This document shows, piece by piece, positions 1 through 9,257 of a DNA stretch of 64,000 bases; the stretch's first letter is position 1; each line of letters starts with the position of its first letter. Location of the stretch: the NCBI GenBank assembly GCA_027021705.1, contig JALUTT010000010.1, positions 8,211 to 72,210 on the forward strand, read 5' to 3'. This DNA is from Anaerolineae bacterium. Its GTDB lineage: Bacteria > Chloroflexota > Anaerolineae > S140-20. The position numbers and the translations under genes are program-made. The notes beneath the pieces are model-generated. The model was not told where the DNA came from and made no database searches. It saw only the letters and a program-made list of their open reading frames with translations.

Positions 1-2086
1 CCACCTCCTTCATCGCCGGCAGGAGGACCTGGTTGAGAGTCCAGACGGGATCGTGGGCGGCGACCACCGCGTCCACCAGCGCCTCGATCCCCTCCTTGCG
101 CCGGTGGACGATCTGCCAGTAGAGCTTCTCCTCCGGCGTCATCCCGGCGGTGGGGTCCACCCGCTCCGCCTCTTCCATCGTCACCTCGTGCTCCTCGAAG
201 TACTGGATGAAGCGGGAGAGGGCGTCAGGTCGGCGGTTGAAGATCAGGTCGTCGGCCAGCGTCCGCTGCTCTTCGGGAATCTCGCTGTAGGGCGTCGTGT
301 GACGGGGGTTCACGATGGCCACATCCAGCCCGGCCTCCACGGCGTGGTAGAGGAAGACGCTGTTGAGCACCCGGCGGGCGGCCGGCTGGAGGCCGAAGGA
401 GACGTTGCTCACCCCCAGGTTGGTCAGCACGCCGGGCAGTTCTGCCTTGATGCGCCGGAGCCCCTCCAGCGTCTCCACGGCGGCGTTGGCGTACTCGGGA
501 TCGCCGGTCGCCAGGGTGAAGGTGAGCGGGTCGAAGATGAGGGCATCGGGCGGCAGGCCGTACTCCTCCACGGCGATCCGGTAGATGCGCCGGGCCACCT
601 CCAGCTTCCGCTCGGCGGTCCTGGCCATCCCCTGCTCGTCTATGGTCAGGGCGACGACGGCGGCTCCGTGCTTGACGGCCAGGGGGAGGACGGCGTCTAT
701 CCGGTCGCGCCCCCCTTCCAGGTGGATCGAGTTGATGATGCCCCGCCCCGGGTAGGTCTCCAGGGCGGCCTCGATGACGGCCGGCTCCGTGGAGTCGAAC
801 ATCAGCGGTGCCTCGACGCTGGTGGAGAGCTTCTTCACCACCGTGCGCATCATCTCCGCCTCGTCCTCCCGCTCCGTCATCGCCACGCAGACGTCGAGGA
901 CGTGGGCCCCGTAGGCCATCTGCTCCTGGGCCAGTTCCAGGATGGCGTCGTAATCGCCGGCCAGGAGGAGCCGCTTGGCCTTCCGGCTGCCCTGAGCGTT
1001 GATCCGCTCACCCACCAGGAGGGGGGGCGGCTCCTGGCGCAGGGGGACGGCCCGCATGCCCGAGGAGACGGTGGGGATGTAGGTGCGCTGCCGGCCGGCC
1101 CGGATCGCGCCCGGACGCCGGGCCTGCTCCTGGCGGTAGCGTTGGGGGGAGATGACCTCGATAAGGCGCTCGATGTGGGCCGGCGTCGTGCCGCAGCAGC
1201 CCCCCACCACCTCCACCCCCCAGGCGACGAACTCGGCCATCATCTCGGCGAAGGGGTCGGGCTGGAGGGGGTAGACCGCCTCCCCGTCCACGTTGAGGGG
1301 GAGCCCGGCGTTGGGGAGGACGCTGATGGGGCGAGGGCTGTGCTCCACCAGGTAGCGGACCGGCTCCCGCATATGCTCCGGCCCCGTAGAGCAGTTGATG
1401 CCGATGACGTCAATGGGCAGGTAGACCAGCGTCGTCAGGGCTGCCGCGATGTCGGTCCCCAGGAGCATCCGCCCGGAGGTGTCCAGCGTCACCTGGACCT
1501 GCAGGGGGACGCGCCGGCCGCTCTCCTGGAAGTAGCGGTGGATGCCGGCGACGGCGGCCTTGACCTCCAGGATGTCCTGGCTTGTCTCCACCAGGAGCAG
1601 GTCCACGCCCCCTTCGACGAGCCCCTGAGCTTGCTCCCGGTAGACCTCTTCCAGTTCCTTGAAGGTGATGTCGGAGAGTTCGGGATCGGTCGAGGAGGGG
1701 AGCTTGCCCGTGGGGCCGATGGAGCCGGCCACGTAACGGGGGATGCCCGTCTCCCGCTCGAAGCGGTCGGCCACCTGCCGGGCGATCCGGGCCGCGGCCC
1801 GATTGATCTCCAGCACCCGGTCCTGCAGGCCATACTCGGCCAGCGTGATCCGGTTGCTGCGGAAGGTGTTGGTCTCCACCACCTCGCTGCCGGCGGCGAA
1901 GTAGCCGCTGTGGACCTCGGCCAGCACGTCGGGGCGGGTGATGGCCAGGTAGTCGAAACAGCCGACGTACCGCTCACCGCCGAAGTCCTCGGCGGTGAGA
2001 GGGTACTTCTGCAGTTGGGTCCCGTTGGCTCCGTCGAAGACGACCACGTGATCGGCGATGGCCTCCAGGTAGCTTCTGCGCGGCAT
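1..2086 (-). CDS. metH: B12-dependent methionine synthase, N-terminal part (runs off window start)
   Basis: ATG at 2086 with RBS; translation MPRRSYLEAIADHVVVFDGANGTQLQ...VVETNTF...YVAGSIGPTGK...IGINCSTGP...VGGCCGTTPAHI (Hcy-binding Zn motifs), then pterin-binding region GERINAQG; no stop inside window, so missing from the ORF track. Confidence 0.93.
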   Translation of the reverse strand, partial: MPRRSYLEAIADHVVVFDGANGTQLQKYPLTAEDFGGERYVGCFDYLAITRPDVLAEVHSGYFAAGSEVVETNTFRSNRITLAEYGLQDRVLEINRAAARIARQVADRFERETGIPRYVAGSIGPTGKLPSSTDPELSDITFKELEEVYREQAQGLVEGGVDLLLVETSQDILEVKAAVAGIHRYFQESGRRVPLQVQVTLDTSGRMLLGTDIAAALTTLVYLPIDVIGINCSTGPEHMREPVRYLVEHSPRPISVLPNAGLPLNVDGEAVYPLQPDPFAEMMAEFVAWGVEVVGGCCGTTPAHIERLIEVISPQRYRQEQARRPGAIRAGRQRTYIPTVSSGMRAVPLRQEPPPLLVGERINAQGSRKAKRLLLAGDYDAILELAQEQMAYGAHVLDVCVAMTEREDEAEMMRTVVKKLSTSVEAPLMFDSTEPAVIEAALETYPGRGIINSIHLEGGRDRIDAVLPLAVKHGAAVVALTIDEQGMARTAERKLEVARRIYRIAVEEYGLPPDALIFDPLTFTLATGDPEYANAAVETLEGLRRIKAELPGVLTNLGVSNVSFGLQPAARRVLNSVFLYHAVEAGLDVAIVNPRHTTPYSEIPEEQRTLADDLIFNRRPDALSRFIQYFEEHEVTMEEAERVDPTAGMTPEEKLYWQIVHRRKEGIEALVDAVVAAHDPVWTLNQVLLPAMKEV

Positions 2087-2223
2087 AGCTCCCACCTCTG
2101 GGTGTGACACGTGAGACGTGGAACGTGTTCGGGTTACGTGATGGGTGTTGCGTATGTGGGGGCATTATAGCCGGTTTTGGCCTTCTCAGCAAATCGGGTC
2201 TTGCCCAGGTGTGGGGCCGACAG

Positions 2224-2260
2224 GAAAGGGCGGCTCCCCGGCGCCGGGGAACCGCCCTTC
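2224..2260. terminator. GC-rich hairpin downstream of the ABC permease
   Basis: gaaagggcggctccccgg-cg-ccggggaaccgcccttc inverted repeat. Confidence 0.5.
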
Positions 2261-2344
2261 CATCAGACCTGCCCGCGAGGAAGGAGATCGCGTGCGCGGT
2301 CAACGGTCCGGCGTCCGCCTGCTCAGGACCATCCTGGTGGCGTG

Positions 2345-3133
2345 CTAGTCGGTGCGGTTGAAGGCCCAAACGGCCGGCACCAGGAAGGCGAGCCAGAAGA
2401 GGGCCAGCAGGACCACGTCGGTGGCGATGGGGTGCAGGCGGACCATCTCCAGGACGAAGTCGGGGACGCTTCCCCGCAGAGCCACCTGGCGGATGGGGTC
2501 CACCCCGTAGGTCATCGGGTCCACCCTGGCCAGCCATTCCAGCCAGAGAGGAACTCCCTGCACGGGGAAGAAAGCCCCGCTCAGGAAGAACATCGGCATC
2601 AGGGTGAAGTTCATAATCAGGTGGAACCCCTCCATCGAGCGCATCCGGGAGGCCATCAGGACGCCTAAGGAGGTCATCGTGGCCGCCGTCAGGAGCATCA
2701 GCGCCAGGAGGACGACGATCTGGTCCAGGCTGAGGTGGACGCCGATGAGAGGGGCCAGCAGCAGGATGATCGCTCCCTGGAACATAGCGACGGTGCTCCC
2801 GCCGGCCACCTTTCCCAGGGCCACGACGATGCGGGAGATGGGGGCGACCAGCACCTCCTTCAAAAAGCCGAACTGGCGGTCCCACACGATGGAGACGGCC
2901 GAGAAGACGGCGGTGAAGAGGACGGCCATCGCGATGATGCCGGGGAAGAGGAAGGACTGGAAGTCCAGTTGTCCCTGGGCCAACCCCGTCATCGTCGGTG
3001 AGAGGCCGGCACCGAAGATGAAGAGGAAGAGCAAAGGCTGGGCCAGGGAACCGATGATCCGAGACCGATCGCGGGAGAAGCGCAGCACATCCCGGTACCA
3101 GATGGTGTAGAGTCCCTTCAAATGTCGTCGCAT
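2345..3133 (-). CDS. ABC-2 type transporter permease (DrrB-like)
   Basis: 262 aa, about 6 TM segments, 'WDRQFGFLKEVLVAP' and 'FFLSGAFFP' ABC-2 motifs. Confidence 0.9.
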   Translation of the reverse strand: MRRHLKGLYTIWYRDVLRFSRDRSRIIGSLAQPLLFLFIFGAGLSPTMTGLAQGQLDFQSFLFPGIIAMAVLFTAVFSAVSIVWDRQFGFLKEVLVAPISRIVVALGKVAGGSTVAMFQGAIILLLAPLIGVHLSLDQIVVLLALMLLTAATMTSLGVLMASRMRSMEGFHLIMNFTLMPMFFLSGAFFPVQGVPLWLEWLARVDPMTYGVDPIRQVALRGSVPDFVLEMVRLHPIATDVVLLALFWLAFLVPAVWAFNRTD

Positions 3134-3138
3134 CGCGG

Positions 3139-4137
3139 TTACCTCCTCGTCCCTCGCCAGGCCCGGGTGCGCAGCCGCATCCGCTCCACGGTGCTGCTCT
3201 CTTCCTCGCGGATGGTGCGTCCCGTCAGCCGGATGAAGACGTCCTCCAGAGTGGGGCGGCGCAGGTTGATGCTCTGGATCTCGATGGTCGGCCCGGTGCC
3301 GTTGGAGAGCACCTGCACCAGCCGGGGGATGGCCTGGTCGCCCCGAGGGAGCTCCAGCACCAGGTCGCCGTTGACCTGGCGCACCTCCACGTCGAAGGCG
3401 GCCTGAAGCCGTTGGGCGGCCCCGGCGTTGTCGCTGGTGCGCAGGGTGATCACGTCGCCGCCGACCATCGCCTTCAGGTTGTCCGGGCTGTCCAGGGCCA
3501 CGATCTCGCCGTGGTCAATGATGGCGATGCGGTCGGCGATCTCCGCTTCCTCCATGTAGTGGGTGGTCAGGAAGATGGTCGTGCCTTCCTGCTCGCGCAG
3601 CCGGATGACGTACTCCCAGATGTGGCGGCGGGTCTGGGGGTCCAGCCCCAGGGTGGGCTCGTCGAGGAAGAGGATGCGCGGCTGGTGCAACAGCCCTCGT
3701 GCCATCTCCAGACGGCGCTTCATCCCGCCGGAGAAGGTCCGCACCAGGCTGTCGGCCCGGTCGGCCAGCTCCACCAGCTCCAAAAGCGCCGACGCCCGCT
3801 GGTTGAAGAGATCACGGGGCATATCGTAGAGCATCGCGTGGAAGCGGAGGTTTTCCATCGCCGTCAGTTGGTCGTCCAAGCTGGGGTCCTGGAAGACCAA
3901 TCCGATGGACCGGCGGACGGCATCGGGATCGCGCCGGATGTCGTGGCCGGCGACCAGGGCAGTGCCCTCCGTGGGGCGCAGGAGCGTGCAGAGCATATTG
4001 ATGGTCGTCGTCTTGCCCGCTCCGTTGGGTCCCAGGAACCCGAAGATCTCTCCCTGCTCCACGTCGAAGGTGACGCCCTTGACGGCGACCAGGTCGCCGA
4101 ACTTGCGGACCAATCCTTGGGCTTCAATCGCTTTCAT
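3139..4137 (-). CDS. ABC transporter ATP-binding protein (DrrA-like)
   Basis: Walker A GPNGAGKTT, signature FSGGM, Walker B LFLDEPT; ATG at 4137 with RBS. Confidence 0.93.
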   Translation of the reverse strand: MKAIEAQGLVRKFGDLVAVKGVTFDVEQGEIFGFLGPNGAGKTTTINMLCTLLRPTEGTALVAGHDIRRDPDAVRRSIGLVFQDPSLDDQLTAMENLRFHAMLYDMPRDLFNQRASALLELVELADRADSLVRTFSGGMKRRLEMARGLLHQPRILFLDEPTLGLDPQTRRHIWEYVIRLREQEGTTIFLTTHYMEEAEIADRIAIIDHGEIVALDSPDNLKAMVGGDVITLRTSDNAGAAQRLQAAFDVEVRQVNGDLVLELPRGDQAIPRLVQVLSNGTGPTIEIQSINLRRPTLEDVFIRLTGRTIREEESSTVERMRLRTRAWRGTRR

Positions 4138-4178
4138 CGTCCCTCCCAATCTGTACGCTCGCGGATCTATTCAGCCTG

Positions 4179-4274
4179 CCCTCCCGCAGGTCACCGGTCG
4201 AGGGCGCTTTCAGCCCCGATGGGCTATTGGAAGCACGGTTTCGCGTCGGAAACGCGCTTAACCTGCGGGAGGGT
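4179..4274 (+). repeat. ~96-bp structured repeat family A (MITE-like), copy 1
   Basis: Terminal inverted repeats CCCTCCCGCAGGT...ACCTGCGGGAGGG; near-identical copies at 37336, 50984, 53581, 58879, 58978. Confidence 0.9.
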
Positions 4275-4280
4275 GAACAG

Positions 4281-4751
4281 TTACACGCGCTCGGTGATTC
4301 TCGAGGGGCCTTTCGTGGGGAAGTCGGCAGCGAAGAGGCGGTGGAGAACTTCCAGGCCGGCGGCCAACTGCTCCCGCTCCTCGGCCGACAGAGTGGCGAT
4401 CCTCTGAGCCAGCCGCTCCTCAATCTCGGCGTGAACCCGCAGGAAGAGGGCCCGGCCCTCGTCGGTGAGGCTCAGCAGCACCCGACGGCGATCCTTCGGG
4501 TCCCGACTGCGGGCGACGAGGCCGCGCTCGACCAGGGCGGACACCGTCCGGGACATCGTGGGCAGGCTGACTGCCTGGCAGCGGGCCAAGTCGCTCATCC
4601 CCCGAGGCTCTCGGTAGAGCAGTGCCAGCACCCGATAGTGGGGCGGGACGAAGCTGCTCTCTGTCATGCGGCGCATCCGGGCGTGGACGGCACGCATCGC
4701 CAGGGGGATCAGTTCCAGGATGCGGCGGGCCAGTTGTTCGTTGGAGATCAC
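4281..4751 (-). CDS. MarR family transcriptional regulator
   Basis: wHTH with 'MSDLA..VSLPTMSRTVSALVERGLVARSRDPKDRRRVLLSLT' motif; upstream of ABC efflux genes. Confidence 0.9.
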   Translation of the reverse strand: MISNEQLARRILELIPLAMRAVHARMRRMTESSFVPPHYRVLALLYREPRGMSDLARCQAVSLPTMSRTVSALVERGLVARSRDPKDRRRVLLSLTDEGRALFLRVHAEIEERLAQRIATLSAEEREQLAAGLEVLHRLFAADFPTKGPSRITERV

Positions 4752-4779
4752 CGGAGCTCCCTTTCGTTGATGTTGGTAC

Positions 4780-4829
4780 TACTAACGGTTAGCAGAGCTA
4801 ATTATACCATTCGTGGTCCGATTCGTCAA
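4780..4829 (-). promoter_or_regulatory. sigma70-type promoter for marR-ABC operon with overlapping palindromes (putative MarR operator)
   Basis: Minus strand TTGACG-17bp-TATAAT (4829-4801), followed by palindromes ctaacggttag and ttagcagagctaa. Confidence 0.6.
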
Positions 4830-4838
4830 CCGTGGACA

Positions 4839-5003
4839 GCATACGACCGCCGACCGGGGGAGGCACCGGGGAGTGAGGCACCGAGGACCGAGGAGTGGGA
4901 GACAGGGGGCAGGGCGCGAGGAGCGAACGACCGCCGACGGCCGACCGCCGACCGCCGACTGCGGACTGCGGACTGTGGACTGCGGACCAAGCGACCAAAG
5001 GAC
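4839..5003 (+). repeat. Heptamer-based low-complexity repeat block (ccgaccg/ggactgc)
   Basis: Tandem 7-mers; 33-bp and 16-bp modules are exact reverse complements of parts of 7028-7310. Confidence 0.8.
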
Positions 5004-5074
5004 CACCTTGGCACTTGGATGCCCCCGTGTTATAATCCCCTCCGCTATCTCCAGAATCGAAAGGAGGGTTCAGC

Positions 5075-5299
5075 GTGGCCACGGCTTTGAACATCGCTCA
5101 GATCATCGTCTCCATCGCCCTCATCGCCCTGATCCTGCTCCAGGCCAGGACCTCGGGCGTGGGCGGCGTCTTTGGAGGCAGCGATACCTCGGTCGTCCGC
5201 ACCCGGCGCGGTGTGGAGCGGACGATGTTCAACCTTACCATCGTCCTCTCCATTGTCTTTTTCCTCGTCACGCTGCTCAACGTCATCCAGAGCGGCTAA
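5075..5299 (+). CDS. secG: Preprotein translocase subunit SecG
   Basis: 74 aa, two TM helices, 'LILLQ...GGVFGG...RTRRGVE' motif; RBS aggagg; promoter TTGGCA-17-TATAAT upstream. Confidence 0.9.
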   Translation: MATALNIAQIIVSIALIALILLQARTSGVGGVFGGSDTSVVRTRRGVERTMFNLTIVLSIVFFLVTLLNVIQSG

Positions 5300-5344
5300 C
5301 CCCCGCCGATCCGTTGACCTGTTGACCCGCTCACCCGCTGCACC

Positions 5345-7027
5345 GTGATCCGATACATCCGCTGGCAGATCATCCTGGTGGTCACAGGGGTCGCCTTGCT
5401 GGCCACCTTGCTCATCTACGTGGCCTTGAACTTCTCCACCGTCTGGGTGCCGGCCCGGGGCGGGACCTACGTGGAAGGAGTGGCCGGTACGCCCCGTTAC
5501 CTGAACCCTCTTCTCTCCAACCAATACGTCGTGGATGGCGACCTCTGTGCCCTCCTCTTCGACGGACTGACCAAACTGGATGAGCGGGGGGAGGTCGTGC
5601 CGGACCTGGCCCTGCGATGGGAAGTCTCCGACGATGGGCTGACCTACACCTTCGAGCTGCGCCAGAATGCCCGCTGGCACGACGGTCGTCCCGTCACTGC
5701 CGATGACGTCCTCTTCACCGTCCGGCTGCTCCAGGATCCCGACTTCCCCGGCTCTCCCGACCTGAGCACCCTCTGGCGTTCCGTCAAGGTGGAAAAGGAG
5801 GGGCTGTGGACAGTCCGTTTCACCCTCCAGCAGCCCTTTGCTCCCTTCCTGGACTACACCACCATTGGACTCCTCCCGGCCCACATCCTGGAAGGGGTCA
5901 CGGCGGCTCAGCTCCCCGATCATCCCTTCAACCGGCAGCCGGTGGGCACCGGTCCCTTCCGCCTGGTGGAGATCGCCACCGAGGAGGGGGAGCCCGCCTA
6001 CGCCATCCTGGAGGCCAACCGACAGTTCTATGGCCCCGTCCCGATGCTCGACCGCATCCAGTTCAAGTTCTACCCCAGCGACCAGGCGGTCGTCCGGGCC
6101 TACGAGGCGGGCGAGGTGGCGGGCATCGGCCACGTTCCCCCATCGGCCCTGGCCTGGGCGCGGACGAACCCTTCCCTGAACCTCTTCACACTGCCGCTGG
6201 CCGGCTACACCCTGGTCTTCCTCAACCTGCGCAACGACGAGGTTCCCTTCTTGCAGACGCCTGAGGTCCGGCGGGCGCTGCTCTATGCCCTGGATCGGCA
6301 GGCCCTGATAGACGAGGTATTGGATGGGCAGGGCATCGTCGCCCACAGCCCCATCCTGCCGGGGACGTGGGCCTACAACCCCGAGGTGCGGAAGTATCGC
6401 CTCAACCGGGAGCGCACGGTGGCGCTGCTGAAGGAAGATGGCTGGCAGCCTTCTACCTCCTCGGAGAGCGAGTGGCCTACTGGCTGGACCAAAGAGGGGC
6501 GACCGCTGGCCTTCTCTTTGCTCACGGCAGATGACCCGCAGCAAGTCGCCCTGGCCGAGGCGATGGCCAAACAGTGGGCCACCGTGGGCATCCAGGTCTC
6601 GGTAGAAGCCGTGCCCCCGACCGACCTGCAGGACCGCCTGACCGCCCGGCAGTTCCAGGCCCTGCTGGTGGAACTGATCCTGCCGGGCGACCCCGACCCT
6701 TATCCCTTCTGGCACCAGACACAGATCGAAGAAGGGCAGAATTACGCCGGTTATGACAGCCGCGATGTCAGCGAGTGGCTGGAGGAAGCCCGCCAGACGA
6801 CGGATCGCCGCCGCCGCCGCGAACTCTACTGGCTGTTCCAAGAACGCTTTGCCGAAGACGTGCCCTCCCTGCTGCTCTACCACCCCGTCTACAACTACGC
6901 CGTGGATCAGAGCGTGCGAGGGGTGGAAGTAGGGCCGCTGAACCGGCCCGGCGACCGTTTCCGCAGCGTGGCCTCCTGGTACATCCAACTCCGGCGGGTG
7001 ATCCGGAGCGAAGCCTCGGCCCGGTAG
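5345..7027 (+). CDS. Peptide ABC transporter substrate-binding protein (family 5)
   Basis: 'PDLA.RWEVSDDGLTYTFELR..ARWHDG.PVTADDV.FT' and 'PVGTGPF' family-5 motifs; N-terminal TM. Confidence 0.92.
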   Translation: MIRYIRWQIILVVTGVALLATLLIYVALNFSTVWVPARGGTYVEGVAGTPRYLNPLLSNQYVVDGDLCALLFDGLTKLDERGEVVPDLALRWEVSDDGLTYTFELRQNARWHDGRPVTADDVLFTVRLLQDPDFPGSPDLSTLWRSVKVEKEGLWTVRFTLQQPFAPFLDYTTIGLLPAHILEGVTAAQLPDHPFNRQPVGTGPFRLVEIATEEGEPAYAILEANRQFYGPVPMLDRIQFKFYPSDQAVVRAYEAGEVAGIGHVPPSALAWARTNPSLNLFTLPLAGYTLVFLNLRNDEVPFLQTPEVRRALLYALDRQALIDEVLDGQGIVAHSPILPGTWAYNPEVRKYRLNRERTVALLKEDGWQPSTSSESEWPTGWTKEGRPLAFSLLTADDPQQVALAEAMAKQWATVGIQVSVEAVPPTDLQDRLTARQFQALLVELILPGDPDPYPFWHQTQIEEGQNYAGYDSRDVSEWLEEARQTTDRRRRRELYWLFQERFAEDVPSLLLYHPVYNYAVDQSVRGVEVGPLNRPGDRFRSVASWYIQLRRVIRSEASAR

Positions 7028-7310
7028 TCCTCGGTCCTTGGTCGGGTGGTCGCTTGGTCGCTTGGTCGAGTGGTCAAGTAGTCGTTTGGTCAGGTGGTCG
7101 GTCTGTCGGCGGTCGGCGGTCAGCCGTCGGCGGTCGTATGCAGTCCTCAGTCCTCAGTCCTCGGTCTGCCGCTAGGCCGCCAGTCGCTAGGCCGCTCGAT
7201 CGGCGGTCGGCGGTCAGCCGTCAGCGGTCTTTCGCCCCTCGCCCCCTGCCCCCTGCCCTCTGCCTCCCACCCCTCGGTCCTCGGTGCCTCACTCCCCGGT
7301 GCCTTCCCCT
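7028..7310 (+). repeat. Heptamer/octamer low-complexity repeat block, inverted relative to 4839-5003
   Basis: cggtcgg, agtcctc, tggtcgct and gccccct tandem units. Confidence 0.8.
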
Positions 7311-7316
7311 TCCCGC

Positions 7317-7345
7317 TTGACAGGTTCCCCTTTTCGGTGTATACT
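7317..7345 (+). promoter_or_regulatory. sigma70-type promoter
   Basis: TTGACA(7317)-17bp-TATACT(7340). Confidence 0.75.
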
Positions 7346-7413
7346 TGGTGTAAAGAATACACCAACTTGCCCCTTTTCTTTTTCGCCTCAAGTTAGTGTA
7401 TTTTTGACACTAA
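7345..7413. promoter_or_regulatory. Two 21-bp NrtR-like operator palindromes
   Basis: TTGGTGT-N7-ACACCAA (7345-7365) and TTAGTGT-N7-ACACTAA (7393-7413), with the GT-N7-AC core, upstream of a nicotinamidase-like gene. Confidence 0.75.
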
Positions 7414-7430
7414 CGCCATAGGAGGAACCA

Positions 7431-8150
7431 ATGGACGCACAAACCTTGATTCAGGAGAGCAAACCCTTCCTGGAGTGGCTGGTCAATTGGTACAACAACC
7501 TGCCGACCCAGGAGCTTTCCGCCGTCATCACGGACCCGGAGCGCGTGGCCGTCCTCTCGGTGGATGTCATCAAGGGCTTTCTCTACGAGGGTCCCCTGGC
7601 CAGCCCCCGGGTGGCCCGCATCGCCCAGCCCATCGTCCGGCTCTTCCAGCGGGCCTACGACCTGGGGGTGCGCCACTTCGTCCTGCTCCAGGACACCCAC
7701 GATCCCGAAGCCGTCGAGTTCGGCAGCTTCCCCCCTCACGCCGTTGCCGGAACTCCTGAGAGCGAGACGATCCCGGAACTTCAGGCCCTTCCCTTCGCCG
7801 ACCAGTTCGTGCGCATTTCCAAGAATTCCATCAGTTCCAACCTGAACACGCGGCTGCCGGCCTGGCTGGACGAGCACCCGGAGGTCACCACCTTCATCGT
7901 CGTCGGCGACGTGACCGATATGTGCACCTATCAGTTGGCCCTCTACTTGCGGCTGCGGGCCAACGCCTGGCAGCGCAAGGCGGATCGGGTCCTGCTGCCC
8001 GTCAACTGTGTCGAGACCTACGACCTACCCGTGGAGGCGGCCGAGAAGATCGGAGCCTACCCCCATCCTGGAGACCTGTTGCACCTGATCTTCCTGCACA
8101 GCATGGCCATCCACGGGGTTGAGATCTTCGCCCGCTTCAGCGATGCGTGA
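7431..8150 (+). CDS. pncA: Isochorismatase-family cysteine hydrolase, probable nicotinamidase
   Basis: 'VDVIKGF', 'QDTH...EF..FPPHA..GT', 'K' and 'TDMC' catalytic and metal-binding residues; NrtR-like boxes upstream. Confidence 0.72.
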   Translation: MDAQTLIQESKPFLEWLVNWYNNLPTQELSAVITDPERVAVLSVDVIKGFLYEGPLASPRVARIAQPIVRLFQRAYDLGVRHFVLLQDTHDPEAVEFGSFPPHAVAGTPESETIPELQALPFADQFVRISKNSISSNLNTRLPAWLDEHPEVTTFIVVGDVTDMCTYQLALYLRLRANAWQRKADRVLLPVNCVETYDLPVEAAEKIGAYPHPGDLLHLIFLHSMAIHGVEIFARFSDA

Positions 8151-8460
8151 TCATCATCCAACGCGATGGGCTTCTGACCGGCCTGGAATGGATCGGCACG
8201 AGGGATCGTGGTCAGGACCGGAACAGAGCATAGCGGCCGATGGCAATGGCTGGTATCGTCGGGGCGTTGCCCTCCTGCGCCAGGGCCGTCCCTTCGAGGC
8301 GATAGAGGCCCTGGAGCGGGCACTGCGGCTGGCCCCCGACGATCAGGACCTCCTGGCCCATCTGGCCGTGGCCCGCCGAGCCGTTGGCGACGTGGCAGGC
8401 GCTGCCGCCATCCGGCGGGCCCTCCTCTCCTGGCCACGGGAGCGGAACGTCTCAGGCTGA
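8143..8460 (+). CDS. Small TPR-repeat protein
   Basis: 'WYRRGVALLRQGRPFEAIEALERALRLAPDD' TPR consensus; start uncertain (8143 or 8188). Confidence 0.65.
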   Translation: MRDHHPTRWASDRPGMDRHEGSWSGPEQSIAADGNGWYRRGVALLRQGRPFEAIEALERALRLAPDDQDLLAHLAVARRAVGDVAGAAAIRRALLSWPRERNVSG

Positions 8461-8480
8461 GCACCTGTCGGAGAAACGGG

Positions 8481-8517
8481 CAAGGGCCTGGTCCTCGCCG
8501 GAGGGACCAGGCCCTTG
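8481..8517. terminator. Hairpin after TPR gene
   Basis: caagggcctggtcc...ggaccaggcccttg inverted repeat. Confidence 0.6.
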
Positions 8518-8532
8518 GCGTTGGGCAACCAT

Positions 8533-8640
8533 ACAAAAAGCCCCCCGCTTGGTCGCGGAGGGCCTTTTGTGTCGTAGGGCTGTGGTGTGGCGGCGCGGAA
8601 CCACACCACCCCTGATGCCGGGGTCAGGGTGCCCTACGAC
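8533..8640 (-). ncRNA. Candidate small structured RNA (three-way junction plus intrinsic terminator)
   Basis: Extended -10 TGgTATGAT at 8655-8647; 10-bp closing stem GTCGTAGGGC/GCCCTACGAC; two internal hairpins; terminator with U-tract ending near 8535. Confidence 0.55.
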
Positions 8641-8805
8641 GGCCTTATCATACCATAGACTGGCCCGTGTGGGATTACGATCGTGTTACGAGATGGTTAC
8701 GAGGCTGCAACGCACCGGCGTTTGCCTTTTTGGAACGATTCTGCTATCATTGGACCGGATGGCTCTCCGACCGATTCGTAGCGGCCTGATTCCGACGGAG
8801 GAATC

Positions 8806-9240
8806 ATGGGACGGATTGTACACACTCAGAGTCCGGCTCGGATTCGCAACTACCACCGGCGCACCATCGCCGAACTCTTGCGCCACCTGAGCCAGAAGCC
8901 CCAAGTGGACGAAGAAGCGAAGGATATGGCCGCCCTGCTGGTCTACAGCCTGCGGGAGATCGGCCAGGTCAACGAGCGCTCGGCCCAAGCGTGGGAGCGG
9001 CGGGACTACTGGCTGAAGGCCGACCGCTTCCGCCGAGAATGGGCCTGGGTGGGCCAGATGGCCGAGGACCTGGAAGATGTGCTGCGCCATCAAGCGTGGG
9101 ACCTCCTGCCCCGCCTCCTGATGGACCTGCTGCCCCGCTTTGCCGACATCAAGGTCACCCGCCTGACCCGTTCGCCGGATCTCTGGCGGGGGGCCTATGA
9201 CCGCCTCGTCAACGACTCTGCCGAATCCCCGCACCAATAA
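8806..9240 (+). CDS. Hypothetical helical protein
   Basis: RBS ggagga, coding-like codon bias, promoter TTGCCT-17-TATCAT at 8722-8750. Confidence 0.8.
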   Translation: MGRIVHTQSPARIRNYHRRTIAELLRHLSQKPQVDEEAKDMAALLVYSLREIGQVNERSAQAWERRDYWLKADRFRREWAWVGQMAEDLEDVLRHQAWDLLPRLLMDLLPRFADIKVTRLTRSPDLWRGAYDRLVNDSAESPHQ

Positions 9241-9257
9241 AGCAAGGGACCTGCCTG

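Noticed and set aside
53..2107. 684-aa plus-strand ORF
   Set aside because: Antisense shadow of metH in high-GC DNA
2087..2200. SAM or cobalamin riboswitch upstream of metH
   Set aside because: The leader after the TATAAT at 2164-2169 is short, consists of heptamer repeats and has no riboswitch consensus
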